Of a stretch of DNA of 64,000 nucleotides, positions 27,341 through 40,320 are shown piece after piece; the first letter of the stretch is position 1; the number at the start of each line of letters is the position of its first letter. Position numbers and translations under genes: made by a program. Under the pieces are notes generated by a model. It did not search any database. It had not been told where the DNA came from and was given only the letters and a program-made list of their open reading frames with translations. The DNA comes from Eledone cirrhosa (taxonomy: Eukaryota): assembly GCA_964016885.1 (NCBI GenBank), contig OZ024743.1:330584001-330648000 (forward strand), written 5' to 3'.

Positions 27341-27553
27341 TTCCTCTCTTCTTCAACTAGCCACATGACTCCCCCTTCCCTTAACCATTATGTTGCTATT
27401 TCTCTTTTCTGTCTTCCACTTTTTCTCTCACTTCCATTCGTCTCCTTTTTCCTCCTATTTTCTTCGTCTCTCTCTCTCCCTCCCCCTCTCCCTCTCCCCC
27501 TCTCTCTCCCTCTCTCTCTGTCTCTCTGTCTCTCTCTCTGTCTGTACACACAC

Positions 27554-27616
<63 letters not shown>

Positions 27617-27723
27617 CGTGTGTGTGTTAGTGTGGTGTGTCTGTATTTGTGCGTCTCTGTGTGTGTGTGTGTATATGTGCCGTTTCCCAACGGCCGGACC
27701 TCAGCCGTTGGGGTCCTGAATCT

Positions 27724-27783
<60 letters not shown>

Positions 27784-27792
27784 CCATCTCTG

Positions 27793-27839
<47 letters not shown>

Positions 27840-28019
27840 TAATTACTCTTATTGCTTCTTCCTCTCCTTCCCCTCCTTTCTCTCCTTCCTCTCATCCCTC
27901 TCCTCTCCTCCCTCCCTCTCCTATTAATCCACACACTTTATCCACCAGCCGCCATCTTGTTGCCGCCAACAGCTCATCCTTTCTACTTGTGTATGTCTGT
28001 CACAATCTCATTGTGGATG

Positions 28020-30620
28020 TGCATGTAGGTGTGTGTCAGTGTGAGGGGTAGGTCTATATATCAGTGCATATGTGTGTATCAGTGTGTGTGTCAGTGTGTG
28101 TACTAGTGTTTCTGTGTGCATGTATGTGTGTAGGTGTGTGTGTGTGTGTGTATGTGTGTCAGTGTGTGTGTCAGTGTGTGTGTCAGTGTGTGTGAGGGGT
28201 AGGTCTATATATCAGTGCATATGTGTGTATCAGTGTGTGTGTCAGTGTGTGTACTAGTGTTTCTGTGTGCATGTATGTGTGTAGGTGTGTGTGTGTGTAT
28301 GTGTGTCAGTGTGTGTGTCAGTGTGTGTGTCAGTGTGTGTGAGGGGTAGGTCTATATATCAGTGCATATGTGTGTATCAGTGTGTGTGTCAGTGTGTTTA
28401 CTAGTGTTTCTGTGTGCATGTATGTATGTAGGTGTGTGTGTGTGTATGTGTGTCAGTGTGTGTGTGTGTGTCAGTGTGTGTGTAGGTCTATATATCAGTG
28501 CATATGTGTGTATCCGTGTGTGTGTGTCAGTGTGTGTACTAGTGTTTCTGTGTGCATGTATGTGTGTAGGTGTGTGTGTGTGTGTGCATGTGTGTCAGTG
28601 TGTGTGTCAGTGTGTGTGTGTAGGTCTATATATCAGTGCATATGTGTATCCGTGTGTGTGTGTGTCAGTGTGTGTACTAGTGTTTCTGTGTGCATGTATG
28701 TGTGTAGGTGTGTGTGTGTGTGTGTGTGTGTGCATGTGTGTGTATATGTGTGTCTGTGTGTATGTGTGTTTATCTGTTTGTATGTGTTAGAAACTGTATG
28801 TATGTACGTAATTTAGTGTGTGCATGTGTGCATGTGTGTGTGTGTAGTGTGTGTGTAGGTGTGTGTTCATGTGATTGTAATTATGTGTGTTTGTGTGCGT
28901 GTGCGTGTGTGTGTGCATGTGTATGTGTGTAATTTTATGGGCATGATTATACGTGTGTGCGTCTGTGCGTGTATGTGAATGAATATGTGTGTGTGTCTGT
29001 GTGAGTGTATCTGTGTGTGAGTTTGAGTGTATGTCTGTATGTGTGTGCATGTATCTCAGTGCGGGAGCAAGTGTGTGTATGTATATGTGTGTGCGGCTGT
29101 GTCTATGCATGGATTAGTGTGTCAGTCTCTGTGTGTATGTGTGAGTGTGTGTATCTGCATCACAGTGTTTTAATGAATGTGTTTGCCAGTATATATATAT
29201 GTATATAAATGCTTGTGTGTGTATGTGAGTGGATGCATTTGTCGTCAGTGTGACTGTATGTGTGAAAGTGTATGTGTGTATGTGTGCTTCAGTGTGTGTG
29301 TTTGTCTGAGTGTGGCGTCAGTGTGTGCGTGTGTATGTATATGTGTGAGTGCATGTGTGTACCATAAGTGTACGTTTGTAATTGTATATATGTGTTCGAG
29401 TGTGTGTGTGTATGTGTGTGCGCGTGTATTTGTGTATGTCTGTATGCAGTTTTTTGTATCCGTGTGTATTTTTCAGCATGTGTATGTGTGTGTGTACCAG
29501 TGTATGTGTCTGTGTGTGTATTTGTATGCATGTGTATGTGTGTGTATCAGTGTGTGTGTGTGTTCCAGTGTATGTGTGTATTATGTCAGTGTGTGTGTGT
29601 CAGTGTGTGTGTGTGTGCCAGTGTATGTGTGTCTGTGTATGTGTATAGGTGTGTATTTGTATGCATGTGTATGTGTGTGTGTGTGTCTGTGTATGTGTCT
29701 GTGTGTGTATTTGTATACATGTGTGTGTGTCTGTGTATGTGTGTGTCTGTGTATGTGTCTGTGTATGTATTTGTATGCATGTGTATGTATGTGTGTCTGT
29801 GTCCGTCTCTGTGTGTGTATTTGTATGCGTTTGCATGCGTGTGTGTCTGTGTCTGTGTGTGCTTACATGTGTTTGTCCATGTGTGTATATTTCTATGCGT
29901 TTCCAAACATGTGTGTGTTTCTGCATGTGTGCCAGTGCGTGCCTGTGTGTGTGTGTAAATGTGTATACATGTGTGTGTATATTTGTATACATGTGCGTGT
30001 GTATGTGTGTGTGTGTGTGTATATTTGTATACGTGTGCGTGTGTATGTGCGTGCAACAATGTCTACCAGTGTTTCTGTATGCATATATGTGTGTAGGTAT
30101 ATGTGTGCATGTGGGTGTAGATGTGTGTCCGTATTTGTGTATGTGTGTGTAATAATGTGTATGCGTCTATGTGTGTGTGTAGATGAATGTGTCAGTGTGT
30201 GCGTATGTGTCTGTTTGTGTACATGTGTGTGTATGTATCGGTTTGTGTGTGTGTATGTGTGTGTGTATGTGTGTCTATATACCAGTGTGTGTGTATCAGT
30301 GTGTGTGTGTGTGTGTGTAATATATCAGTCTGTGTATGTATTAGTGTGTGTATGTGTGTGTGTCTATATATCAGTGTGTGTGTGTGTGTGTGTATGTGTG
30401 TGTGTGTGTGTGTGTGTCTATATACCAGTGTGTGTGTGTTTATGTGTATGTGTGTGTGTGTCTATATACCAGTGTGTATGTGTGTGTGTCTCTATATATC
30501 AGTGTGTATGTGTGTGTGTGTCTATATACCAGTGTGTATGTGTGTGTGTCTCTATATATCAGTGTGTATGTGTGTGTGTGTCTATATAACAGTGTGTATG
30601 TGGATGTGTGTATGTGTACA
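28020..30620. repeat. (TG)-rich compound repeat; about five 140-150-bp units at 28020-28740
   Basis: Recurring GTAGGTCTATATATCAGTGCATATG..TACTAGTGTTTCTGTGTGCATG. Confidence 0.85.
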
Positions 30621-30674
30621 GGTATTAATCAGAGCAATTTCTTGTCTGTCCTTCTATCTGTGTACTCGGTGAAA

Positions 30675-31500
30675 CTCTGGGCGTAGAGGAGGACGAACTG
30701 GCCAGTCAGTTCGGTAGGACCGTCCGCCCGGGACCGATGGACAACTTCCAAAAGTCCCTGGCCTGGCAGTGCTACCGAGGAGCTCTACCAGTTCGAGACA
30801 AGCTCTACAGACATGGGCGCCCGGGAAGGGACCCTGCAAAAAAGATCTGTCCGAGGTGCGTGCGAGACGAACAAACCGTCGCGCACGCATTCATACACTG
30901 CCCGGGCGTCACCAACCTGTGGGGCTATGTAGAACGACTATTGTCGCAGGTGGGACCAATCCGGTTGACCACTGAGTCCATTGTCATGATCAAACCGCCA
31001 CCCTCCTTCTAAAACGAAGGAGAAGCGGTTTTCCTTTGTATGATAGCTATGGCGAAAGAGGTTGTATGGTGGACAAGGTTGAAAGGGCTGAGGTCAGACA
31101 CCTTTCTCTCCGGCCAACAACTGATTCTTTTTTTCAAATACCACTTTGGAAGAAGAATCAGGATGGAGAGAGAGGTGCTGTACCCCAGCAAGTTTTATGA
31201 AAGGTGGGTGAAAGTGGCGAGAATGGCCCGAGTGAATGGGCCTTCTCTCTATTTCAGCCTGTAGGTTGAGGAAAAAGCGGAGGAGAGGAAAGGAGTGCAA
31301 ACTCTTCGTAAGCTGGAGATGAGGGTTGCACATTTTTTTTCGGGGGTATGTGTTACCCATATGTAATGTCTCCCCCTATTGGGGAAAATCGACTAATTTT
31401 TAAATTACATTTGTGATAATATTTTACACGTTTTTATTGTACATAAACTCCCCCCTCTGTAATTGTCCCCTTCTTTTGTGCCCCTGTGGCTAATAAAGAA
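30675..31500 (+). mobile_element. 3' fragment of Tx1-type LINE
   Basis: MDNFQKSLAWQCYRGALPVRDKLYRHG..CPRCVRDEQTVAHAFIHCP; KEVVWWTRLKGL; ends GTGGCTAATAAAGAAA. Confidence 0.9.
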
Positions 31501-31588
31501 ACATATCTATTACTAATACTTATTCAAAGCAACAGGTACAAATGCATCCTTGTTGTTGGAATGTGAGGAAAACCGTTATTCCCTGTAA

Positions 31589-32697
31589 AATATGGTCGAC
31601 TATTGAGGCACCCTCAATATGGTCGACTATCGAGGCACCCTCAATATGGTCGACTATTGAGGCACCCTCAATATGGTTGACTATTGAGGCACCCTCAATA
31701 TGGTTGACTATTGAGGCACCCTCAATATGGTCGACTATTGAGGCACCCTCAATGTGGTCGACTATTGAGGCACCCTCAATATGGTCGACTATCGAGGCAC
31801 CCTCAATATGGTCGACTATTGAGGCACCCTCAATATGGTCGACTATCGAGGCACCCTCAATATGGTCGACTATCGAGGCACCCTCAATATGGTCGACTAT
31901 TGAGGCACCCTCAATATGGTCGACTATCGAGGCACCCTCAATATGGTCGACTATTGAGGCACCCTCAATATGGTCGACTATCGAGGCACCCTCAATATGG
32001 TCGACTATCGAGGCACCCTCAATATGGTCGACTATTGAGGCACCCTCAATATGGTCGACTATCGAGGCACCCTCAATATGGTCGACTATCGAGGCACCCT
32101 CAATATGGTCGACTATTGAGGCACCCTCAATATGGTCGACTATCGAGGCACCCTCAATATGGTCGACTATCGAGGCACCCTCAATATGGTCGACTATTGA
32201 GGCACCCTCAATATGGTCGACTATCGAGGCACCCTCAATATGGTCGACTATTGAGGCACCCTCAATATGGTCGACTATCGAGGCACCCTCAATATGGTTG
32301 ACTATTGAGGCACCCTCAATATGGTCGACTATTGAGGCACCCTCAATATGGTCGACTATTGAGGCACCCTCAATATGGTCGACTTTGAGGCACCCTCAAT
32401 ATGGTCGACTATCGAGGCACCCTCAATATGGTCGACTATCGAGGCACCCTCAATATGGTCGACTATTGAGGCACCCTCAATATAGTTGACTATTGAGGCA
32501 CCCTCAATATGGTTGACTATTGAGGCCCCCTCAATATAGTTGACTATTGAGGCACCCTCAATATGGTTGACTATTGAGGCACCCTCAATATGGTTGACTA
32601 TGGAGGCACCTTCAATATTGTTGACTATCGAGGCACCCTCAATATGGTCGAATATGGAGGCACCCTCAATATTGTTGACTATCGAGGCACCCTCAAT
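31589..32697. repeat. 27-bp minisatellite, about 41 copies (AATATGGTCGACTATYGAGGCACCCTC)
   Basis: Direct reading; no spacers between units. Confidence 0.97.
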
Positions 32698-32786
32698 GGA
32701 GAGTCCCACACTAGTTTTGTTGATTTCTTTATTACCTTTCTTTGCTAGGTGTTTCACTTAATATATCTATAGCTATTACTTCATGT

Positions 32787-32900
32787 CTGGCTTAGTGGTT
32801 AGAGAAGTGGATTCGTAATCGTTAGGTTGCGAGTTCGATTCCAGGACCGGGTGGTGCATTATATTTAGAGCAAGACTCTTTACTTCCCGTTGATCTTTCT
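32787..32900 (+). mobile_element. tRNA-derived SINE head (second family)
   Basis: TGGCTTAGTGGTTAGAG..GAGTTCGATTCC. Confidence 0.65.
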
Positions 32901-33342
32901 GCCAGGAGTTGCAATCAGTAATGGAAAAAAAAACAAACAAAGGAAAGACTGTTCCCTTGGTCTGGTTTGGCAAGTTCTACCTCAAACTGTCAGCAAATCG
33001 AGCAATTACATCGACTCCACTTCTTGACTTAGTAACACATCTCACACAACACATACACTACCCAACCACCATCTAACACTGTAACACACAACACAACCAA
33101 CAAAACTCTACACAATTACCAGTGTCTCCTAAAGTGAATTCTACGAAACATTTTGGTTTTCCACAAAATAAGATTTCACTTTTCAAAAATTTAATGTTGT
33201 TTTGTTTTGTAGATAAATTCTCTTTAAATCAATTTTTGTTTCACTTAATTGCAAATAGTCTTAAATTAAAACGATGAGGTTTGTCCGTAAAATATAGGTA
33301 TGGGGTCACACAATTTAGGATGCCCTATACAAGTGAGTCGTG

Positions 33343-33500
33343 AAGGCACGTGACCTAGTGATGAGGGTGTTGGACCTACGATCATAATGTCATGTGTTAG
33401 ATTCCTGGGCTGGGTTGTGTGTTGTGTTCTTGAGCAAAACACTTCATTTCACGTTGTTCCAGTATACTCAGCTGAAAATGAGTACCAGCAATAGCTGGCG
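33343..33500 (+). mobile_element. tRNA-derived SINE with CORE-like domain
   Basis: GTGTTCTTGAGCAAAACACTTCATTTCACGTTG..ACTCAGCTG..ATGAGTACC. Confidence 0.7.
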
Positions 33501-33959
33501 GTTTAATGCTAAACACCGACCGAACGAACCTTCTGGTGTGAGACAGACTTTAGACTTAGACTTTATACAAGTGTGATATCCTAACCCTTGTCATGACCTA
33601 TTTTATAGCCATGTCGTATTTTTTGTCATGTCCTATTTTATTGTGATGATCTATTTTATTGTGATGCTCTATATTATTGTGATGTTCTATATTATTGCCA
33701 TGATGTTCTATAGAACCGTTGAGATATTCTATAGTGGTATTGAACTTGAAAGCACATAATAATCAGTGGATGCTCCATAGAGTAATCAAATTAACTAATT
33801 TTAGATCTATTTTAGCGGCTTGGCATTAAATTTAAATCAAACAAGTTGCATTTAGATGTGTGTCATCACTGTTTTGATGAATCTTTAATTATACTTCATG
33901 TTAACGTGTTCCTCAACGACAGCAAGAAATGTCCATCTAAATTATAAATTAGCTTTTTT

Positions 33960-36900
33960 CGTTAATCAACTCAAATGTCTAACTGTAATAACACCAAGAA
34001 GGTGGACATTTTGTCACACTGGATGGCGGAAGACTAAATTGAATTGATGATTTTCTATATTTGGGCAGCTGGATGAGTTCATCATAAAAGGACATTGACA
34101 TTATAGTTTCCAAAGTCTGGGCTACAGTGAACAAAATGGTAAGGATATGGAAGTCAGATCTTCCCCAAAAAATCAAAATATTATTCTTCAGGACATCTGT
34201 TGAGTCAGTATTATTGTATGGATCAAGTACATGGAACCTGACACAGGTACTTGAGTCAGTATTATTGTATGGATCAAGTACATGGAACCTGACACAGGTA
34301 CTTGAGTCAGTATTGTTGTATGGATCAGGAACATGGACCCTGACACAGGTACTTGAGTCAGTATTGTTGTATAGATCAGGTACATGGAACCTGACACAGG
34401 TACTTGAGTCAGTATTGTTGTATGGATCAAGTACATGGAACCTGACACAGGTACTTGAGTCAGTATTATTGTATGGATCAAGTACATGGAACCTGACACA
34501 GGTACTTGAGTCAGTATTATTGTATGGATCAAGTACATGGAACCTGACACAGGTACTTGAGTCAGTATTGTTGTATGGATCAGGAACATGGACCCTGACA
34601 CAGGTACTTGAGTCAGTATTGTTGTATAGATCAGGTACATGGAACCTGACACAGGTACTTGAGTCAGTATTGTTGTATGGATCAAGTACATGGAACCTGA
34701 CACAGGTACTTGAGTCAGTATTATTGTATGGATCAAGTACATGGAACCTGACACAGGTACTTGAGTCAGTATTATTGTATGGATCAAGTACATGGAACCT
34801 GACACAGGTACTTGAGTCAGTATTGTTGTATGGATCAGGAACATGGACCCTGACACAGGTACTTGAGTCAGTATTATTGTATAGATCAGGTACATGGAAC
34901 CTGACACAGGTACTTGAGTCAGTATTGTTGTATGGATCAGGAACATGGACCCTGATACAGGTACTTGAGTCAGTATTGTTGTATAGATCAGGTACATGGA
35001 CCCTGACACAGGTACTTGAGTCAGTATTATTGTATAGATCAGGTACATGGACCCTGACACAGGTACTTGAGTCAGTATTGTTGTATGGATGAGGTACATG
35101 GACCCTGACACAGGTACTTGAGTCAGTATTGTTGTATGGATCAGGTACATGGACCCAGACGCAGGCACTTGAGTCAGTATTGTTGTATGGATCAGGTACA
35201 TAGAACCTGACACAGGTACTTGAGTCAGTATTATTGTATGGATCAGGTACATGGACCCTGACACAGTCACTTGAGTCAGTATTGTTGTATGGATCAGGTA
35301 CATGGACCCTGACACAGGCACTTGAGTCAGTATTGTTGTATGGATCAGGTACATGGAGGCTGACACAGGCACTTGAGTCAGTATTGTTGTATGGATCAGG
35401 TACATGGACCCTGACACAGGCACTTGAGTCAGTATTGTTGTATGGATCAGGTACATGGAGGCTGACACAGGCACTTGAGTCAGTATTGTTGTATGGATCA
35501 GGTACATGAATCCTGACACAGGCACTTGAGTCAGTATTGTTGTATGGATCAGGTACATGGACCCTGACACAGGCACTTGAGTCAGTATTGTTGTATGGAT
35601 CAGGTACATGGACCCTGACACAGGCACTTGAGTCTGTATTGTTGTATGGATCAGGTACATTGACCCTGACACAGGCACTTGAGTCAGTATTGTTGTATGG
35701 ATCAGGTACATGGAACCTGACACAGTCACTTGAGTCAGTATTGTTGTATGGATCAAGTACATGGACCCTGACACAGCCACTTGAGTCAGTATTGTTGTAT
35801 GGATCAGGTACATGGAGGCTGACTCAGGCACTTGAGTCAGTAGTATTGTATGGATCAAGTACATGGACCCTGACACAGGTACTTGAGTCAGTATTGTTGT
35901 ATGGATCAGGTACATCGACCCTGACACAGGTACTTGAGTCAGTATTATTGTATGGATCAGGTACATGGACCCTGACTCAGGCACTTGAGTCAGTAGTATT
36001 GTATGGATCAAGTACATGGACCCTGACACAGGTACTTGAGTCAGTATTGTTGTATGGATCAGGTACATCGACCCTGACACAGGTACTTGAGTCAGTATTA
36101 TTGTATGGATCAGGTACATGGAGGCTGACACAGGCACTTGAGTCAGTATTGTTGTATGGATCAGGTACATGGACCCTGACACAGGCACTTGAGTCAGTAT
36201 TGTTGTATGGATCAGGTACATGGAGGCTGACACAGGCACTTGAGTCAGTATTGTTGTATGGATCAGGTACATGAATCCTGACACAGGCACTTGAGTCAGT
36301 ATTGTTGTATGGATCAGGTACATGGACCCTGACACAGGCACTTGAGTCAGTATTGTTGTATGGATCAGGTACATGGACCCTGACACAGGCACTTGAGTCT
36401 GTATTGTTGTATGGATCAGGTACATGGACCCTGACACAGGCACTTGAGTCAGTATTGTTGTATGGATCAGGTACATGGAACCTGACACAGTCACTTGAGT
36501 CAGTATTGTTGTATGGATCAGGTACATGGACCCTGACTCAGGCACTTGAGTCAGTAGTATTGTATGGATCAAGTACATGGACCCTGACACAGGTACTTGA
36601 GTCAGTATTGTTGTATGGATCAGGTACATCGACCCTGACACAGGTACTTGAGTCAGTATTATTGTATGGATCAGGTACATGGAGGCTGACACAGGCACTT
36701 GAGTCAGTATTGTTGTATGGATCAGGTACATGGACCCTGACACAGGTACTTGAGTCAGTATTGTTGTATGGATCAGGTACATCGACCCTGACACAGGTAC
36801 TTGAGTCAGTATTATTGTATGGATCAGGTACATGGAGGCTGACACAGGCACTTGAGTCAGTATTGTTGTATGGATCAGGTACATGGACCCTGACACAGGT

Positions 36901-38320
36901 ACTTGAGTCAGTATTGTTGTATGGATCAGGTACATCGACCCTGACACAGGTACTTGAGTCAGTATTGTTGTATGGATCAGGTACATCGACCCTGACACAG
37001 GTACTTGAGTCAGTATTATTGTATGGATCAGGTACATGGAACCTGATACAGGTACTTGAGTCAGTATTATTGTATGGATCAGGTACATGGACCCTGACAC
37101 AGGTACTTGAGTCAGTATTGTTGTATGGATCAGGTACATGGAGGCTGACACAGGCACTTGAGTCAGTATTGTATGGATCAGGTACATGGAACCTGACACA
37201 GGCACTTGAGTCAGTATTGTTGTATGGATCAGGTACATGGACCCTGACACAGGCACTTGAGTCAGTATTGTTGTATGGATCAGGTACATGGACCCTGACA
37301 CAGGTACTTGAGTTAGTATTGTTGTGTGGATCAGGTACATCGACCCTGACACAGGTACTTGAGTCAGTATTGTTGTATGGATCAGGTACATGGACCCTGA
37401 CACAGGCACTTGAGTCAGTATTGTTGTATGGATCAGGTACATGGAACCTGACACAGGCACTTGAGTCAGTATTGTTGTATGGATCAGGTACATGAACCCT
37501 GACAAAGACACTTGAGTCAGTAGTGTTGTATGGATCAGGTACATGAACCCTGACACAGGCACTTGAGTCAGTATTGTTGTATGGATCAGGTACATGGACC
37601 CTGACACAGGCACTTGAGTCAGTATTGTTGTATGGATCAGGTACATGAACCCTGACAAAGACACTTGAGTCAGTAGTGTTGTATGGATCAGGTATATGGA
37701 CCCTGACACAGGTACTTGAGTCAGTATTGTTGTATGGATCAGGTACATGGACCCTGACACAGGCACTTGAGTCAGTATTGTTGTATGGATCAGGTACATG
37801 GACCCTGACACAGGCACTTGAGTCAGTATTGTTGTATGGATCAGGTACATGAACCCTGACAAAGACACTTGAGTCAGTATTGTTGTATGGATCAGGTACA
37901 TGGACCCTGACACAGGCACTTGAGAAGAAACTAGATGGTGACACACTAAAATGCTAAGGTTGTACAAAACATAACCTGGCGTCAACTGATTACAAATGAA
38001 ACTTCATACAGAGACTTGCCCAAGATAACAACTACAATTGCTCAAAGACAGTTATGATTATCAGGACATTGCTGGAGAAGTAAGCAGGAAGTTATACACA
38101 AGCTACTGTTGTGGGAACCAACTCAGGAAGTTATATACAAGCTACTATTGAGGGAACCAACTCACAGGAGAAGCAGTAGAGGAAGACCTGCTCAAACCTT
38201 CATCGATCAACTCTCAGACGACACAGGCATCAGTATGGAGCAGTTTCCAGGAGCAATGGAAAATCGGGAATCATGGAGAGATTTTGTCAGGAATGTTCGA
38301 CTGTGGACACAATGATGATG
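33960..38320 (+). mobile_element. RTE-clade LINE 3' fragment containing an internal 51-bp tandem expansion
   Basis: DDFLYLGSW, IWKSDLPQKIKILFFRTSVESVLLYGS before the array; LEKKLDG, GHCWR, LLLWEPT, GRPAQTFIDQL..ENRESWR and (TGA)n tail after it. Confidence 0.9.
34200..37925. repeat. 51-bp minisatellite, about 73 copies, derived from RTE coding sequence
   Basis: Unit TTGAGTCAGTATTGTTGTATGGATCAGGTACATGGACCCTGACACAGGYAC = ESVLLYGSGTWTLTQ(V/A)L. Confidence 0.97.
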
Positions 38321-38685
38321 AGTAACACCATCTTTTGATAAGGCTATGTAACAGGTTGGTTTGTGACTTTGAAATGTTATGACTAGTGTTTGTTACTGTC
38401 TATTTGACACGCAATAGTCCCATGCAAGCGTCTCCTCTTGGAATTTATAGGCCAGAGCCGTTGGTTTTAATAGGTAAATATACGATGACTTTATAAAAGT
38501 TCTTTGTGTTAATAAGCAACAATTTGGCAGATAGGACATCTGAATAAATGCTTCAGTATTTGCTCCATCTGACTGCAATCTCAGTTCAAATCCCACTGAG
38601 GTCAACTTTGCCTTTCAGCCTTTTATGGCTACTAAATCAAGTACCAGTCAAATACTGGGGGCGATTCATCCTCTAACTCTCTTTA

Positions 38686-38733
<48 letters not shown>

Positions 38734-38863
38734 ACACGTTCACTCTCTATCTCTCTCTCTCTCTCTCCTACTCTCTCTGTCTCTCTCTGTCCCTTTCTCT
38801 CTCTCTCCTACTCTCTCTGTCTCTCTCTGTCCCTTTCTCTCTCTCTCTTTCTTTATATATGTA

Positions 38864-38916
<53 letters not shown>

Positions 38917-39046
38917 CTTCTTCCAAATTCAAGTGTTAAACTAATATATTCTTTCCATATACTGTACCGTTTGTGTTGTTATTTCTGTTAACCTTTCACA
39001 TATATGTGTGTGTGTGTCTGTCTGTGTGTGCGTATGTTTATGTGTG

Positions 39047-39122
<76 letters not shown>

Positions 39123-39566
39123 TGTGTGTGTGTTTGCATATTTGACTGGTTGATTGACTTCATATTCTGTATAGTAACTGCAATAACTCTTTATTTTCCT
39201 TCTATGTTGGTTTGTCTTGTCATTATTTGATGTTTGTTTAGAGAGTTAAACAAAGGTACAAAGACAAAATAGGTTTCAATGGCAGATATCAATAAGATAC
39301 TCTTTAATTGTATTATAGTAGGAAACGGCTTTACCTATGTCAATATGACACAGGAAAATATTTCTATGTATTTCATATAAAATGTTTAGCTAGATTCTAG
39401 CCTCGCTTAGAAACACATGCAATCTAATGAAATTATTCTGTGCTTTCATCTCATTCTAACGGAAACCCGTTGTTGATGTACTTTATTTAGCCGCAAGTCA
39501 TTTCTGATTGAGTATTGTGAATTTCTAAGAATATTTAGTAAACCATATTACCATACTCTTACTCTC

Positions 39567-39604
<38 letters not shown>

Positions 39605-39829
39605 ACGTTAATATAGATTCCAGCCAAACTGCCCATAGTTTTTAGAAACCTATTTAGTTAAATGTTAGTTGTCACTATCACTATCGTATTGTCTAATAAG
39701 AAAATCTTGCTCATGGCTGCGCCTTACTACAATAGCACACTAAAAGTTAGCGGGCGGGAATTAAGATATATTTATAACCCTAACACCCTGTCAACAGAAG
39801 ACATGTTGTATTATTATCTAGTCCCACGG

Positions 39830-40320
39830 GTTGTGGATTAGTAGAATTGGTACAGGGTTGGATATAACATCATTGTGCTAATGTTTCTCGCTCCTTAACG
39901 TTCTTAGTCCCAAATACAGCCGCGGTCAATTTTGCCTTTCATCTTTCCGAGATCGACAAATGAAAGTACCAGTCAAATACTGTGTGTGTGTGTGTGTGTG
40001 TGTGACAGCTCACACCTATGCAGGTTTAGCTGGCCTCCTCCAAGGTATATCTCGTTGGAGGTGTCTTGGGTAATTTAATGATAGGGACCCCAGTCCTATT
40101 ATCTCATTTCTACAGCTGAGTAAACTGGAGCAACGTGAAATAAAGTGACTTGCTCAGGGAAACAACACATCACGCGGCTCGAGAATTGAACTCACAACCT
40201 TTCGATTGCAAGCCCAATGTTTTAACCACTAAGCCATACGCCTTCACAGTCAAATACTGGGGTTGATTTAATCTACATTGCTCATCATCGAAATTCTGCT
40301 GGCCTTGTGCATAAAATAGG
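39830..40320 (+). mobile_element. tRNA-derived SINE interrupted by a second SINE
   Basis: Body TTTGCCTTTCATC..AAAGTACCAGTCAAATACTG resumes at 40247 as CAGTCAAATACTGGGGTTGAT..GCTGGCCTTGTGC. Confidence 0.8.
39983..40246 (-). mobile_element. CORE-like SINE with (CA)n tail and 13-bp TSD
   Basis: Minus strand GGCGTATGGCTTAGTGGTT..GAGTTCAATTC..CTGAGCAAGTCACTT; TSD CAGTCAAATACTG at 39970-39982 and 40247-40259. Confidence 0.85.

Noticed and set aside
26217-27368. Thr-rich mucin-like or Pro-rich extensin-like ORF
   Set aside because: (CAC)n repeat open in most frames on both strands, with no supported exon boundaries; cannot be fully excluded without RNA data
31589-32697. CRISPR-like palindromic repeat array and 315-aa ORF
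   Set aside because: No unique spacers, no cas genes, eukaryotic context; the ORF follows from the 27-bp period
32787-32865. tRNA gene
   Set aside because: A and B boxes are present but there is no acceptor stem, and it continues into SINE body sequence
34188-37985. 1265-aa minus-strand ORF
   Set aside because: A stop-free frame of the 51-bp repeat, antisense to a LINE; no unique coding sequence
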